From a virus, in IMG/VR virus record IMGVR_UViG_3300047994_000617, positions 64,626-128,625 of that record: DNA of 64,000 nt. The stretch is one strand, 5' to 3'. Each line of letters begins with the position of its first letter. Position 1 is the first letter of the stretch. The notes beneath the pieces were generated by a model that was given only the letters and a program-made list of their open reading frames with translations, did no database searches and was not told the origin of the DNA. Made by a program: the position numbers and the translations under genes. Shown in pieces: positions 1 through 9,449 of this stretch.

Positions 1-1
1 G

Positions 2-1264
2 CGCCTCCCCGGCACCGCGCTGCCCTTGCCGCGCCCCCTGGGGCCGGGCGAGGGCCGGGCGACCGCTGACCCGTCCTTGCTGCTCGGCGAGCGCGCGGCG
101 GACTTCGCGCTCGACGAGCAGCGTTCCAGGCCGACCGCGGCGCGGATCGAGAGCTACCGGCGGGGGACCAGCAAAGCCGGGGAGCCGTGGGATGCCGCCG
201 CGTTCGCGTTCAGCGCGGCGTCCGTGCTCCAGCCCGGCGAGCGCCTTCCGCACCCGGGCACGTCCCGTGTGAGCGTCCTCGTCGGCGGCGGGGGCTTCCG
301 GCCCCGAGGAGCCGGGTACACGCCCCGGGCCGGCGACGGCGCCATCTTCGCCTACCGCGGCGACCCTCGCGCTGGCGGCCAGGGCCGCGTGGGGCGGGTG
401 ACGGTGCCCCCCGGTGAAGACGGGCGCTTCGAGACGATCGAGGGCGACGTCAACGGGGCCTGGGGCCAGCGCGAGCACCGCCTCGACGAGCCGGCCTTGC
501 TGGGCTGGATCGCGTACCCGATCGCCGAAGCCGTCAAGCCCGCGGTCCTCCCGGACTCGATCGTCGTCGAGGACATGGGGCGCCTCCCCCTCGAGGAGTA
601 CGTCGCCCGCGTGGTCACGGGGGAGCTCGGGGAGAGCTGGCGCCAGCCCCAGGCCCTGGCGGCGCTGGCGATGGCCGCGCGCACCTACGCGGTCTACATG
701 ATGCGGCACGGGGGCTGGGGCACTGAGCAGAAGCCGATCCCCAATTCGACCAACTTCCAGGTCGTCCAGGGCGCGCCGACGGCGCTCGCGACCCAGGCCG
801 CGCAGGCGACCCGCGGCGGGCTGATCTACTACAAGCACCAGCCCATCCTCGCTTTCCACAACGCGGGCGCGATCTGGCCGAGGAACGCGCGCACCGGCGC
901 TGGCGGGCGCGACGACTCCCGCACCGAGAAGAACATCACCTACAACGGTGGGCGCTCGGGCCGAAACGTGAAGCCCGCGCCCATCGGGACGCACGCCGTC
1001 GAGGGCAACCGCGGGTGCCTCTCCCAGAACGGTGCCGACGAGCTCGCCCGCCAGGGTCTCACGTGGCCCGAGATCCTCCGGTACTTCTACGGCGAGGACG
1101 TCGAGTTTTCGATCCCCGAGCCGGCGGGCCGGCGGGCGCCTCGACCAGGCCCTCGTCCTCGTCCCGCCCCAAGACCCTCCGACGAGGGATCGGGCGCGGG
1201 CGCGGGCGCGCTGATCGCTGGGCTCGGCGCCGCCGCCGTGATCGCCGCCATCGCGAGAGGATGA
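2..1264 (+). CDS. Cell-wall hydrolase: degenerate CHAP-like domain + SpoIID/LytB lytic transglycosylase domain + C-terminal hydrophobic anchor (5' end probably outside the window)
   Basis: SpoIID motifs LPLEEYVARVVTGE, ALAALAMAARTYA, NFQV and CLSQNGADELARQGLTWPEILRYFY. CHAP-like PWDAAAF..GDGAIF..GRVGRV..TIEGD. The frame is open to the window edge. Confidence 0.8.
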   Translation, partial: RLPGTALPLPRPLGPGEGRATADPSLLLGERAADFALDEQRSRPTAARIESYRRGTSKAGEPWDAAAFAFSAASVLQPGERLPHPGTSRVSVLVGGGGFRPRGAGYTPRAGDGAIFAYRGDPRAGGQGRVGRVTVPPGEDGRFETIEGDVNGAWGQREHRLDEPALLGWIAYPIAEAVKPAVLPDSIVVEDMGRLPLEEYVARVVTGELGESWRQPQALAALAMAARTYAVYMMRHGGWGTEQKPIPNSTNFQVVQGAPTALATQAAQATRGGLIYYKHQPILAFHNAGAIWPRNARTGAGGRDDSRTEKNITYNGGRSGRNVKPAPIGTHAVEGNRGCLSQNGADELARQGLTWPEILRYFYGEDVEFSIPEPAGRRAPRPGPRPRPAPRPSDEGSGAGAGALIAGLGAAAVIAAIARG

Positions 1265-1932
1265 CCATGACGAAGAGAGCCGCTTCTGCCGCCACCTCCA
1301 AGCCCCTGCATGCCGAGCTCGCGAAGCTTTGGGCGAGGCGGGATGGATCCGTCGTCCTCTGGCAGGCGACGGCACCAGCCGGCCCCGAGGCCCTGATCTA
1401 TCCCGACGAGATCCTGGCGGTCGCCGCGCCGGGCTGCGCGGTCCGCCGCGGCCCGGCGTCGCTCGTGGCGAACGGGGCACCTATCGCGGCGGCCGTGGCG
1501 ACGATCTTGGGCACCGGAGGGACGTTGCCCACGAGGCAGACTCTCCCGCGCCACTACCGCGAGCTTCGGAGCGGCCCCGGCATGGACTACCCGGCCGAGA
1601 TCGTGGTGGGCGAGAAAGCGTACGTCCCCGGGCGCGCGTGGAACGTGCGCGTGCACGGGACGTTCGAGAAGTTCGTGAAACAGGCGTCGCCGGCCGATCT
1701 GATCGCGGACCTGGCAGGGATGGGCGTCGAGCTTCACTCGTTGATGACCGCGCACAGCGGGGGCGTGCCCCTGGTGGTCGCCAACGCGGACGCGCGCCGA
1801 CGGGTCGTCAACGTCGGCAAGGCCATCGAGCAGATCGGACGCGCGCTGCCAGCAGCCGTCTCTCGGGCAGCGAAGGCGGACGCCATGGCGCTCTCGTCGC
1901 GGACGAAGCGCAAGAAGGGGTCGGGACGATGA
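1261..1932 (+). CDS. Hypothetical protein
   Basis: ATGA overlap with the upstream gene, GC-rich third codon positions, coupled to the next gene. Confidence 0.65.
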   Translation: MTMTKRAASAATSKPLHAELAKLWARRDGSVVLWQATAPAGPEALIYPDEILAVAAPGCAVRRGPASLVANGAPIAAAVATILGTGGTLPTRQTLPRHYRELRSGPGMDYPAEIVVGEKAYVPGRAWNVRVHGTFEKFVKQASPADLIADLAGMGVELHSLMTAHSGGVPLVVANADARRRVVNVGKAIEQIGRALPAAVSRAAKADAMALSSRTKRKKGSGR

Positions 1933-3173
1933 CCACGACGAGCAGCTCCGCCTCCATCGCCAAGCCCCGGCGCCCGGAGCTCGTTGCCCGCTACGAGAGA
2001 GGCGGCCGCAAGGCGGTCTACTACCGCAGCAATGACGGGATCGAGGCCGTGGTGGCGGGCGGGACCATCACCGCCTGCAAGGGGCGCGGGAAGGTCAAGG
2101 AAGGGCCCGCGAGCGTCCTCCGCGGCAAGAGTGCCGTCGGCCTGGGCGACGCCGCGCGGATGCTGCTTGAGGGCCCAGGCGGCACGCCGATCGGGACCAA
2201 GGGCCTGGTCACGGTCTTCGTCGCCTACACCCACGCCGGCGGCGTCTGCTGCTGGTCCCGGGAGCGAGACGTTGCGGCGGCGTCGGCGAAGAGGCGCCAG
2301 GGGTTCGTCAGGGCCTTCATGGTGCCGGCGTTCCGCGACACCGACGGTCCCCAGGGGATCCCCGAGCACGTCGCGCCGCCGTGGCGAACGTCGGATCATC
2401 CGCGCGGAGGCACGACCGAGATCCAGAGCGTCCTCCTGCCCAAGGCGAAGTTCCCGACCCAGGCGGACGCCGCGCTCTGGCTCGTCGCGCAGAAGAAGCC
2501 CTTCCGCGCGGACCGCATCGAGGACTCGGGGAGGGTCAAGGCCGGCAACTACTGGAGCGCGCGACAGCACGATCCTCGCCGGGGCGTGCGCTACGCGACG
2601 ATCCCCTTCGGTCAGTCGGGGATCCTGGCGCGGATCGAGGCGAAGGGAACGCCGAAGCAGGCGGCGGACGGCGACCGCGAGGCCATGCTGGCCCGCCCGC
2701 GCGCCAGCAAGGGGACCTCCAAGGCCAGGCCGGGCCCCGTGGTCCTGGTGGGCAGCTCCAAGACCCAGCTTGACACCGGCGCCCCCGTGCCGGCCTCCAA
2801 GCGCTACACGTCGGCGCTCTTCGTCGATTCGCTCGCCTACGCCAGGAAGCTCACGCTGGGGGGTGGCACCGTCCGGATCCTCTCCGGCAAGCACGGGCTC
2901 CTGAAGCCCACCACGAAGGTCAAGCCCCACGACGAGACGCTGGCGGAGATGTCCGCCGCCGAGCGCCGGGCCTGGGGGCGGCGGGTGCTCCGCCAGCTCC
3001 TCGCCGAGTTCGGCTCGGGGCCGCGGACGTTCATCTGCCTCGCCGGCGATACCTACGCCAAGACCATCTACGCCGCGGGACCTCCCGCTACGTGGGACTG
3101 CAAGGAACCCCTCAAGGGCGAGGCCAATGGCGTGCGGTTGACGCACGTCCGGCGGCTCCTCGCCGCACGCTGA
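1929..3173 (+). CDS. Multidomain protein with C-terminal DUF6884-like domain
   Basis: VVLVGSSKTQ..PASKRYTSALF..RILSGKHGLL..FICLAGDTY..PLKG, paralogous to the domain at ~56160-56580. ATGA overlap start. Confidence 0.65.
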   Translation: MTTTSSSASIAKPRRPELVARYERGGRKAVYYRSNDGIEAVVAGGTITACKGRGKVKEGPASVLRGKSAVGLGDAARMLLEGPGGTPIGTKGLVTVFVAYTHAGGVCCWSRERDVAAASAKRRQGFVRAFMVPAFRDTDGPQGIPEHVAPPWRTSDHPRGGTTEIQSVLLPKAKFPTQADAALWLVAQKKPFRADRIEDSGRVKAGNYWSARQHDPRRGVRYATIPFGQSGILARIEAKGTPKQAADGDREAMLARPRASKGTSKARPGPVVLVGSSKTQLDTGAPVPASKRYTSALFVDSLAYARKLTLGGGTVRILSGKHGLLKPTTKVKPHDETLAEMSAAERRAWGRRVLRQLLAEFGSGPRTFICLAGDTYAKTIYAAGPPATWDCKEPLKGEANGVRLTHVRRLLAAR

Positions 3174-3196
3174 TCGCAGAGAAAAAGGAGACCCCC

Positions 3197-4768
3197 ATGG
3201 CTGCTGTGACCGTCGCCGTTCCCGATCCTCCTGGCCCCGATCCGTACCCCCCGCAGTACGGAGCGTGGCAGGACTGCTCTGGGGTCGGCCCGAACCCCCT
3301 GGCCGAGCTCGCCGAGGCGGCCGCCGCCGGAGACCAGGTGCGCCTCGAGACGGCAGCGACTGCGGCGATCACCGGGGCCGGCGCTCGCGTGACCTACGTC
3401 TGCAACGTCGCTGGGGCCGACACGGCGCCGGCGTCCATCTCCATTCCGATCGCTCAGGTCCGCGCCGTGCGCCTCAAGGGGCAGACGACGGGCCTCCAGG
3501 CGACGGTGGCTCCCACCAATGCCGCCGGGGGCTCCGGGTCGGGGAGCCCCGCGAACGCCTGGGCACGGGGGGGCAACGCCTTCGGCACGGGCACCAGCTA
3601 CTTCGGCACCACCGATGGCGGCGACGTCCTGGTGGGCGTGGCGGCGGGCCTCGCCAACGTCTGGCTCACCGCGGACGGGGTAAACCTCACCCTCACGGCG
3701 CCGTCGGGCGCCCTCACGCTGACCGCGCCCGACGGCGCAATCGCGCTGCGCGCCGGTGGGCTCTCGGTGATCGCTGCCACATCATCCGGGATCACCGTCG
3801 GCAACTTCGGGACGTCGACGACGACGCTATCGGGCGGGACGGGCGGGCTCACGGCCGATACCACGGGCCCCCTCACCCTCGGCGCCACGCTCGCGCCGAG
3901 CTTCCAACTCGGCAACCTGTCGATCGGCCTCGCGAGTTCGATCGAGGTCGGCGACGCGATCCTGTCGATCGTGGACAATTCCGGCGGCCAGATCCACGAA
4001 GGCGGAGCCGGCGCCGCGTTCGCGAACATCGCCGATTCGCTGCAACTTCGGACCGTCAACAACGGGCCTGTTGTCCTCGCTGCCGCCGGCTCGGGCTCCG
4101 TCGAAGTCGCTGGGCCTGGGGGCATCAGCCTTAGTCCCTCGGTGGCTGCACCGAACGCTTCCGCCGGCGTCGACATGAGCGGCTGGACGACCCTGGGGCT
4201 CGGCCTGCCTCAGATCCCGGCCGCGACACTCCTCGCCATCGCGACCCCGCTCGCGGGCCTGACCGCGTTCGACAGCACCAACTCGATCGTCCGGGTGAAC
4301 GTCGGGAGCCCGGGCACCCCGAACTACCGCAAGGCCGCGGGCGGGCCGCTGGTCCGCGCCACCAACACGAGCGGGCAGTCGATCCCCGCCACCACCAGCA
4401 CGACGATCACCGGCTGGACCGCGGTCACCAACGTCGGCGCTGCGTTCGTCCCGGCGACCGGCATCTTCACGGCCCCCGTCCTCGGCGACTACTTCGTGTC
4501 CGCCGGCAGCCAGTACGTCGCCGGGACCACGATCCTGAACGGCGCCTACCGCGAGTCGGCCCTCCAGAACGCGAGCGTCGTCGAGACGCGCGAGGTCACC
4601 GCGCAGGTGGCCTCGATCAGCGCGGTCTTCTCGCCCTCGTTCTCTACGAAGCTGCCGCTCAGCGCCGGCGACACGCTGGCCATCCAGACCTACCAGGGAA
4701 CCGCTGGGGCCCTCGCGCTCTCGGCCAACGCCCCCAACAACAGCCTGGCGATCTCGCTGGACTCCTGA
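3197..4768 (+). CDS. Fibre/spike-like protein 1: shared N-terminal domain, beta-rich shaft, C1q-like C-terminal domain
   Basis: RBS AAGGAG. C-terminal QSIP..AFVPATGIFTAPVLGDYFVSA..LSAGDTLAIQ resembles C1q/TNF. N-terminus shared with 5471 and 6248. Confidence 0.65.
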   Translation: MAAVTVAVPDPPGPDPYPPQYGAWQDCSGVGPNPLAELAEAAAAGDQVRLETAATAAITGAGARVTYVCNVAGADTAPASISIPIAQVRAVRLKGQTTGLQATVAPTNAAGGSGSGSPANAWARGGNAFGTGTSYFGTTDGGDVLVGVAAGLANVWLTADGVNLTLTAPSGALTLTAPDGAIALRAGGLSVIAATSSGITVGNFGTSTTTLSGGTGGLTADTTGPLTLGATLAPSFQLGNLSIGLASSIEVGDAILSIVDNSGGQIHEGGAGAAFANIADSLQLRTVNNGPVVLAAAGSGSVEVAGPGGISLSPSVAAPNASAGVDMSGWTTLGLGLPQIPAATLLAIATPLAGLTAFDSTNSIVRVNVGSPGTPNYRKAAGGPLVRATNTSGQSIPATTSTTITGWTAVTNVGAAFVPATGIFTAPVLGDYFVSAGSQYVAGTTILNGAYRESALQNASVVETREVTAQVASISAVFSPSFSTKLPLSAGDTLAIQTYQGTAGALALSANAPNNSLAISLDS

Positions 4769-4783
4769 GCGAACGGACGACCC

Positions 4784-5401
4784 ATGAACCCCACGAACCT
4801 GCCCATCCACATCTTCGTCGACAACATCCCGCTCGTTCGCGCGCTCGCGTTCGGCGTGGGGGACGGCTACCCGCGCGGCCACTACCCTGCGATGGAGCAG
4901 ACGGCCACCGACCACCCGCTCTTCGGGGCCCGGAAGACGCCGCACGACGTGTTCCTTCATCCTCGCTACAGCGCAACTGCGGCGCACGAGACCGCGCGGC
5001 AGAAGCAGGAAACGCCGACGGAGCATTTTGCTCGCGACGCCGAGCACCGCGCGGCCGCGCTCGAGGCCATCTCGCCCGACGTCGCAGCATCTTTCTCGGC
5101 GCTGTCCGCGTCGGACGCCGAGTCCGCCGGGCTCTGCCCCGCTCACTTGTGGGAGGACCAGCAGATCCCGGCCGTCGAAGCAGTGGCGCAGACCCTTCGG
5201 CGCTCGGTGCCGAAGGTCGACGAGGAGGGCGCCCAGGGGCCCAGTCGCGGGGGCCCGGTGCTCGAGCAGCGCCCCGTCGTCGAGGTCCTCCGGCCCGCCA
5301 TCCCGCCCGGCGTACGCCTCGGCGTTCGCTCCCAGCTCGCAGCCCGGGCCGCCGCGGCCCACGCGCCGACGCCGGCGGCAGACGGCGCGACCGATTCCTG
5401 A
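4784..5401 (+). CDS. Hypothetical protein
   Basis: ATG start in an operon position with typical codon bias. Confidence 0.55.
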   Translation: MNPTNLPIHIFVDNIPLVRALAFGVGDGYPRGHYPAMEQTATDHPLFGARKTPHDVFLHPRYSATAAHETARQKQETPTEHFARDAEHRAAALEAISPDVAASFSALSASDAESAGLCPAHLWEDQQIPAVEAVAQTLRRSVPKVDEEGAQGPSRGGPVLEQRPVVEVLRPAIPPGVRLGVRSQLAARAAAAHAPTPAADGATDS

Positions 5402-5470
5402 GGCCGTCCCGGCTGCTGGCCGCGCCGACCTTCCGGCTCCCTTTGCTGACCGTCTTGGAGAAGCCCGAAC

Positions 5471-6238
5471 ATGACTGCCGTCACCCTCACCGTCCCCGAT
5501 CCCCCCGGTCTCGATCCTTACCCCGCGCTATACGGGCCGTGGGTGGACTGCTCCGCGCTCGGCCAGAGCCCCCTGGCGGAGCTCGCCGAGGCGGCGGCCG
5601 CCGGCGACCTCGTTCGCCTGGAGACGGCGGCGACCCAGGCGCTCACCGGCGCCGCCGCCCGGGTGAACATCGCCGGGAGCGTGGCAGGCTCTGACACGGC
5701 GCCCCTGACGATCACCACTCCGATCTCCCAGGTCCGCGCCGTGCGTCTCAAGGGGCAGACGACGGGGCTCACTGTGGCGGTCGCGTCGACCAACGCCGGA
5801 GGGCCGCAAGGCCAGACGGGACCGGCGGGACCGGCGGGACCGGCAGGGCAGGTGCCTCGCGTGTTCCTCGCCAACGTCGCCCACGCGCGGGCGTTCGAGG
5901 CGATCCTCTTCCAGAACGCGACGGACGCCGACCCGTACGTGATCACCAACCCCAACGCCTTCCAGGCGGCAGGGCAAGGAAACATTGCCTACCCGGGAGG
6001 AACGACCTGGGACCTGACCCTGGCGCTCTACGACAACACGGGGACGTTCGTGGAGAACGTTCCTCTGGCCTCGGGCGCGTTCGCGATCACCACCGGCTTC
6101 TCGCCCGCCTTCACCGAGCTCGGCGGGGTGATCGCGACGCCCTTCACCGTGCCCCCTGGCTACTCCATCTTCGTTCTGATGACGCCCACGGGCACCTTCG
6201 ACCTCACCGGCGTGACCTTTGTTCTTCTGAACCCCTGA
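5471..6238 (+). CDS. Fibre/spike-like protein 2 with short collagen-like segment
   Basis: Shared ~110-aa N-terminal domain, then GPQGQTGPAGPAGPAG and a beta-rich C-terminus. Confidence 0.7.
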   Translation: MTAVTLTVPDPPGLDPYPALYGPWVDCSALGQSPLAELAEAAAAGDLVRLETAATQALTGAAARVNIAGSVAGSDTAPLTITTPISQVRAVRLKGQTTGLTVAVASTNAGGPQGQTGPAGPAGPAGQVPRVFLANVAHARAFEAILFQNATDADPYVITNPNAFQAAGQGNIAYPGGTTWDLTLALYDNTGTFVENVPLASGAFAITTGFSPAFTELGGVIATPFTVPPGYSIFVLMTPTGTFDLTGVTFVLLNP

Positions 6239-6247
6239 GGCGCTCCG

Positions 6248-7417
6248 ATGACCACCACCGTCTCCCTTACCGTCCCTGATCCTCCCGCGTCTGCCGCCGC
6301 CCCCGCCTACGGCCCGTGGCAAGACTGCTCGGGCCTCGGTCAGAGCCCGATGGCGGAGATCGCCGCGGCCGCGACCGCGGGGGACCTCGTGCGCCTGGAG
6401 ACCGCCGCGACGGCGGCGATCACCGGCGCCGCCGCCCGCGTGAACATCGTCGGCCGCGTCGCGGGCTCCGACGCCGCGCCACTGACGATCGAGGTCCCCA
6501 TCTCCCAGGTGCGCGCCGTGCGCCTCGGGGGCTCCACGACGGGCCTCACGGTCGCCGTGAGCTCCAGCAACGCGGGAGGGCCCCAGGGGGCGCCTGGGCC
6601 GGCTGGGCCTGGCGGGGTCGGCAACCCATGGGGCCCGGGGACGCTCGGCGGGCTGCACGTCACGGTGGCGATGTCGCCCTACGAGGCGACAGGACCTCTC
6701 TACTTCACGACGCTCGTCGTGGACGCGGGGGCGGTGCTCGACCTCTCGGCGCCGCTCGCGGGGCTCCTCCTGGGGACCGTCTCCGCGGACATTGCCGGCA
6801 CCCTCCGGATCAACGGAGGCAACGGTCAGCCAGGCGCCGCTGGCGGCGCCGGCGGCGTCGGGGGCGGCTACGGGGCCCAGGCCGCCAACGGCAACGACGG
6901 CTCGACCGAGGGCGGCGACAGCCCCACGGGCTACCAGTTCGGCGGGGGCCAGGGAGGCAACGGAGGCGCCGGAACCGTGCCCGGCGGGACGACCAGCACC
7001 GAGGGCCCGGCGAACGTGCCCCGGGACCTCTGCGGCGCCCTGGCGATGGCCTCCACGCCGTCGTTCGTGGCCGCGGGGATCCCCGGGGCCGGGGGCTCCG
7101 GAGATGGAACCTACAGCGGCGGAGGCGGGGGCGGGATCGGGGGCATGGGCTGGCTGGGCGCGCCCACCGTGACGCTCCGCTCCACGGCCGTGCTCCAGAG
7201 CCGCGGAGGCAACGGGGGCATCGGCGACCCAGCAGGGACGACGGGCGGAGGCGGAGGGGGCCCCGGTGGTATCTGGACGGTGATCGCGACGACGCTGATC
7301 AACGACGGGGTGACCGTGGACGTCGCCGGAGGCCTCGGGGGCACGGGGCCGGGCGGAGGCAGCCACAACGGGCAACCGGGAACGGCGGGATCGGCTCTGA
7401 ACGTGGTCCCTGCGTAG
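6248..7417 (+). CDS. Fibre/spike-like protein 3, glycine-rich
   Basis: Shared N-terminal domain, GPQGAPGPAGP and a Gly-rich GGxGG C-terminal region. Confidence 0.7.
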   Translation: MTTTVSLTVPDPPASAAAPAYGPWQDCSGLGQSPMAEIAAAATAGDLVRLETAATAAITGAAARVNIVGRVAGSDAAPLTIEVPISQVRAVRLGGSTTGLTVAVSSSNAGGPQGAPGPAGPGGVGNPWGPGTLGGLHVTVAMSPYEATGPLYFTTLVVDAGAVLDLSAPLAGLLLGTVSADIAGTLRINGGNGQPGAAGGAGGVGGGYGAQAANGNDGSTEGGDSPTGYQFGGGQGGNGGAGTVPGGTTSTEGPANVPRDLCGALAMASTPSFVAAGIPGAGGSGDGTYSGGGGGGIGGMGWLGAPTVTLRSTAVLQSRGGNGGIGDPAGTTGGGGGGPGGIWTVIATTLINDGVTVDVAGGLGGTGPGGGSHNGQPGTAGSALNVVPA

Positions 7418-7631
7418 GCGGCCTCTCGACGTCCACCGCCAGGCCGGCGCCGAAGAGCTGGCGGCCGTGGAGCCTACTACGTCGAGGAAGAGCACGGCGA
7501 GGAAGAGGAGCGCGGCGAGGAGCTGGAAGGCGTCGAGCGCCGCGCCGATCTGGCCACCACGGGCTCGACCCGCGCGAGCGAACGGCTTGAAGTGAGACGG
7601 CCTCCTTCGTAGCATCCGTCGTCCTCGAACC

Positions 7632-8075
7632 ATGCACGTCTCCGACTTCCTGTCGAACCGCTACGCCATAGCCGTCGCCGTCCCTCTGGCGCTGCTGGTC
7701 GTGTCGGCGTGCGCGAAGAAGTTGGTGAGGGGCCCAGGAGGCTGGAAGCAGTCGGATTGGCACTACGGGCTGGAGACCTCCCTGGCATCGCTCTCCGCGA
7801 CCCTGATCTACCTGGGGGACATTTCCATCGCGCAGCGCGGACCCGCCGCCGTGCGTTCCGAGCTGTTCACGTCCCGCGTCGAATGCGCGCTGGGGTTCGC
7901 GGTCCTCTCGCTGGCGTTCGTTTTCGTGACACTTACGCTCCACCAGGACCACCAGATCCCAGCGGCCGCGAGCCCGCCCCGCCTGCTCCGGGACCCTGCG
8001 TTCTGGAAGCTCTGCGTGCTTGGAAATTTTCTAGGTGCGGGCGTGATGTTCGGGTTCATACTCTGGAAGGTGTAG
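7632..8075 (+). CDS. Membrane protein (about 4 TM segments)
   Basis: Four hydrophobic stretches; locally lower GC. Confidence 0.6.
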   Translation: MHVSDFLSNRYAIAVAVPLALLVVSACAKKLVRGPGGWKQSDWHYGLETSLASLSATLIYLGDISIAQRGPAAVRSELFTSRVECALGFAVLSLAFVFVTLTLHQDHQIPAAASPPRLLRDPAFWKLCVLGNFLGAGVMFGFILWKV

Positions 8076-8077
8076 TC

Positions 8078-8845
8078 ATGGCCGACGCGCAGCCGAACAG
8101 CATACGGTCTCGGGCGGCCGAGACTCAGGGGATCTTCTTGGCGCTTCTGGCCGTTGGCTTCGGCGCCGCTGGTGGTGCGTTGCACGCGGAGATCTACATT
8201 CTCTGTGGCGCGCTGGCTGGGGTCATGGCCGCCACGCGGATCGTGGCGGCCTCCGGGCGGCGGCGACCCAGCGCGACGATCCCACCTTGGGCGGGGGTTA
8301 ACGCGTCTAGCGACGCATTGAGAGAGTTGCACCTCGCCCGCGCCATGCGCGATCTTGCGGTGAATCGCAGCGAGTTGGTGAGCGAGCGCTCACGTGCCGC
8401 CGCGTTGCTCGCCGTGCGCGCGGCCAGACGGCCGGGCCCGGGGTCGTCCCTGGATTTTGCGCCGCGGTCGCACGAGGAAGTGCTGCTCTTCAAGCTTGCC
8501 CACGCGACGCGCCGGTCCGGGTCCAGCAAGCTGGAGCTGTATCGGGCGGGATACGATATGCGCCAGGCAGCGGCTCGCTACAGGATCGCGGTCGACGTGC
8601 TCACCCAGGCCCTTCAAGAGCCCGAGGTCGCTGGTTCCGAGGTCGCTGGTTCCGAGGTCGCTGGCTCCGAGGTCGCTGGCTCCGAGGTCGCTGGCTCCGA
8701 GGTCGCTGGCTCCGAGGTCGCTGGCTCCGAGGGCGCTGGCTCCGAGGGCGCTGGCTCCGAGGGCGCTGGGCCGGAGAGGGACACGAAGGACGCGGCACGG
8801 GCGGAGACTCGACGGGAAAGGACGCGGGAGTCGGGGCACGGTTGA
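8078..8845 (+). CDS. Membrane protein with EVAGS pentapeptide repeats
   Basis: Two N-terminal TM segments; ATG lies 2 nt after the previous stop. Confidence 0.5.
   Translation: MADAQPNSIRSRAAETQGIFLALLAVGFGAAGGALHAEIYILCGALAGVMAATRIVAASGRRRPSATIPPWAGVNASSDALRELHLARAMRDLAVNRSELVSERSRAAALLAVRAARRPGPGSSLDFAPRSHEEVLLFKLAHATRRSGSSKLELYRAGYDMRQAAARYRIAVDVLTQALQEPEVAGSEVAGSEVAGSEVAGSEVAGSEVAGSEVAGSEGAGSEGAGSEGAGPERDTKDAARAETRRERTRESGHG
8624..8773 (+). repeat. 15-bp tandem repeat (GAGGTCGCTGGYTCC), about 10 units
   Basis: Directly visible: EVAGS x7, then EGAGS x2 and EGAGP. Confidence 0.95.
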
Positions 8846-9134
8846 CGGACCTCCCCGCGTGAAGCAGCTTCGGCACCGTCGCGGCCTACTGGCCCCTGCT
8901 ACTCCCGTCCGTTGTCCCTGCGGCGGACGCACTGGACCCGTCGAGCGTCGGTGCGTCCGGCCAGCTCGACCTGCTCTCCTGGCGGCTCCGCCCGGGCAAG
9001 CCGTTGCCCCTTCATCTCCACCGGGCGCACCCCGGTTCTCGAAGTCGACAGGATCGACTCGGTGCGAGCCGACGGCCGCCGGCCCGTGGCGCCAGGCGAT
9101 GATGCGCCGGGCGCGCCGGGGTATGCTGGCGGTG

Positions 9135-9416
9135 ATGAACGCGCTTCGCCTTGCCGGTGCTGCCATGGTCGCCATGCTCACGGCGGCCACCTTGCTCGGC
9201 TCTTCCTGCTCCTCGCCGAATCCTCCCGCTTGTGGGTTCCCCACGCCGGGCGAGACGGCCGCGGACGGTGGCCCGGACCCCTGCCACTGCGATCCGCCTC
9301 CCGCGCTCGACCTCGGGGCCTGCGCCTGCCTGTCTGGAACGCCGCAGGACATCGCCGTGTACAACGGGTGCATCGCGCTCTATCGGCTGGAGATGATGGA
9401 CGCCGGCGCAGATTGA
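9135..9416 (+). CDS. Small Cys-rich lipoprotein (myxobacterial type)
   Basis: Signal peptide ending LLGSSC followed by several cysteines; start codon uncertain (9099 also possible). Confidence 0.55.
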   Translation: MNALRLAGAAMVAMLTAATLLGSSCSSPNPPACGFPTPGETAADGGPDPCHCDPPPALDLGACACLSGTPQDIAVYNGCIALYRLEMMDAGAD

Positions 9417-9449
9417 CGTCGGCACTCGCGCCTGGCCCCTGCTCGCCTT

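Noticed and set aside
3197-7417. Diversity-generating retroelement or shufflon acting on the fibre genes
   Set aside because: No reverse transcriptase, no template/variable repeat pair and no inverted crossover sites; each paralog is a complete gene in the same orientation.
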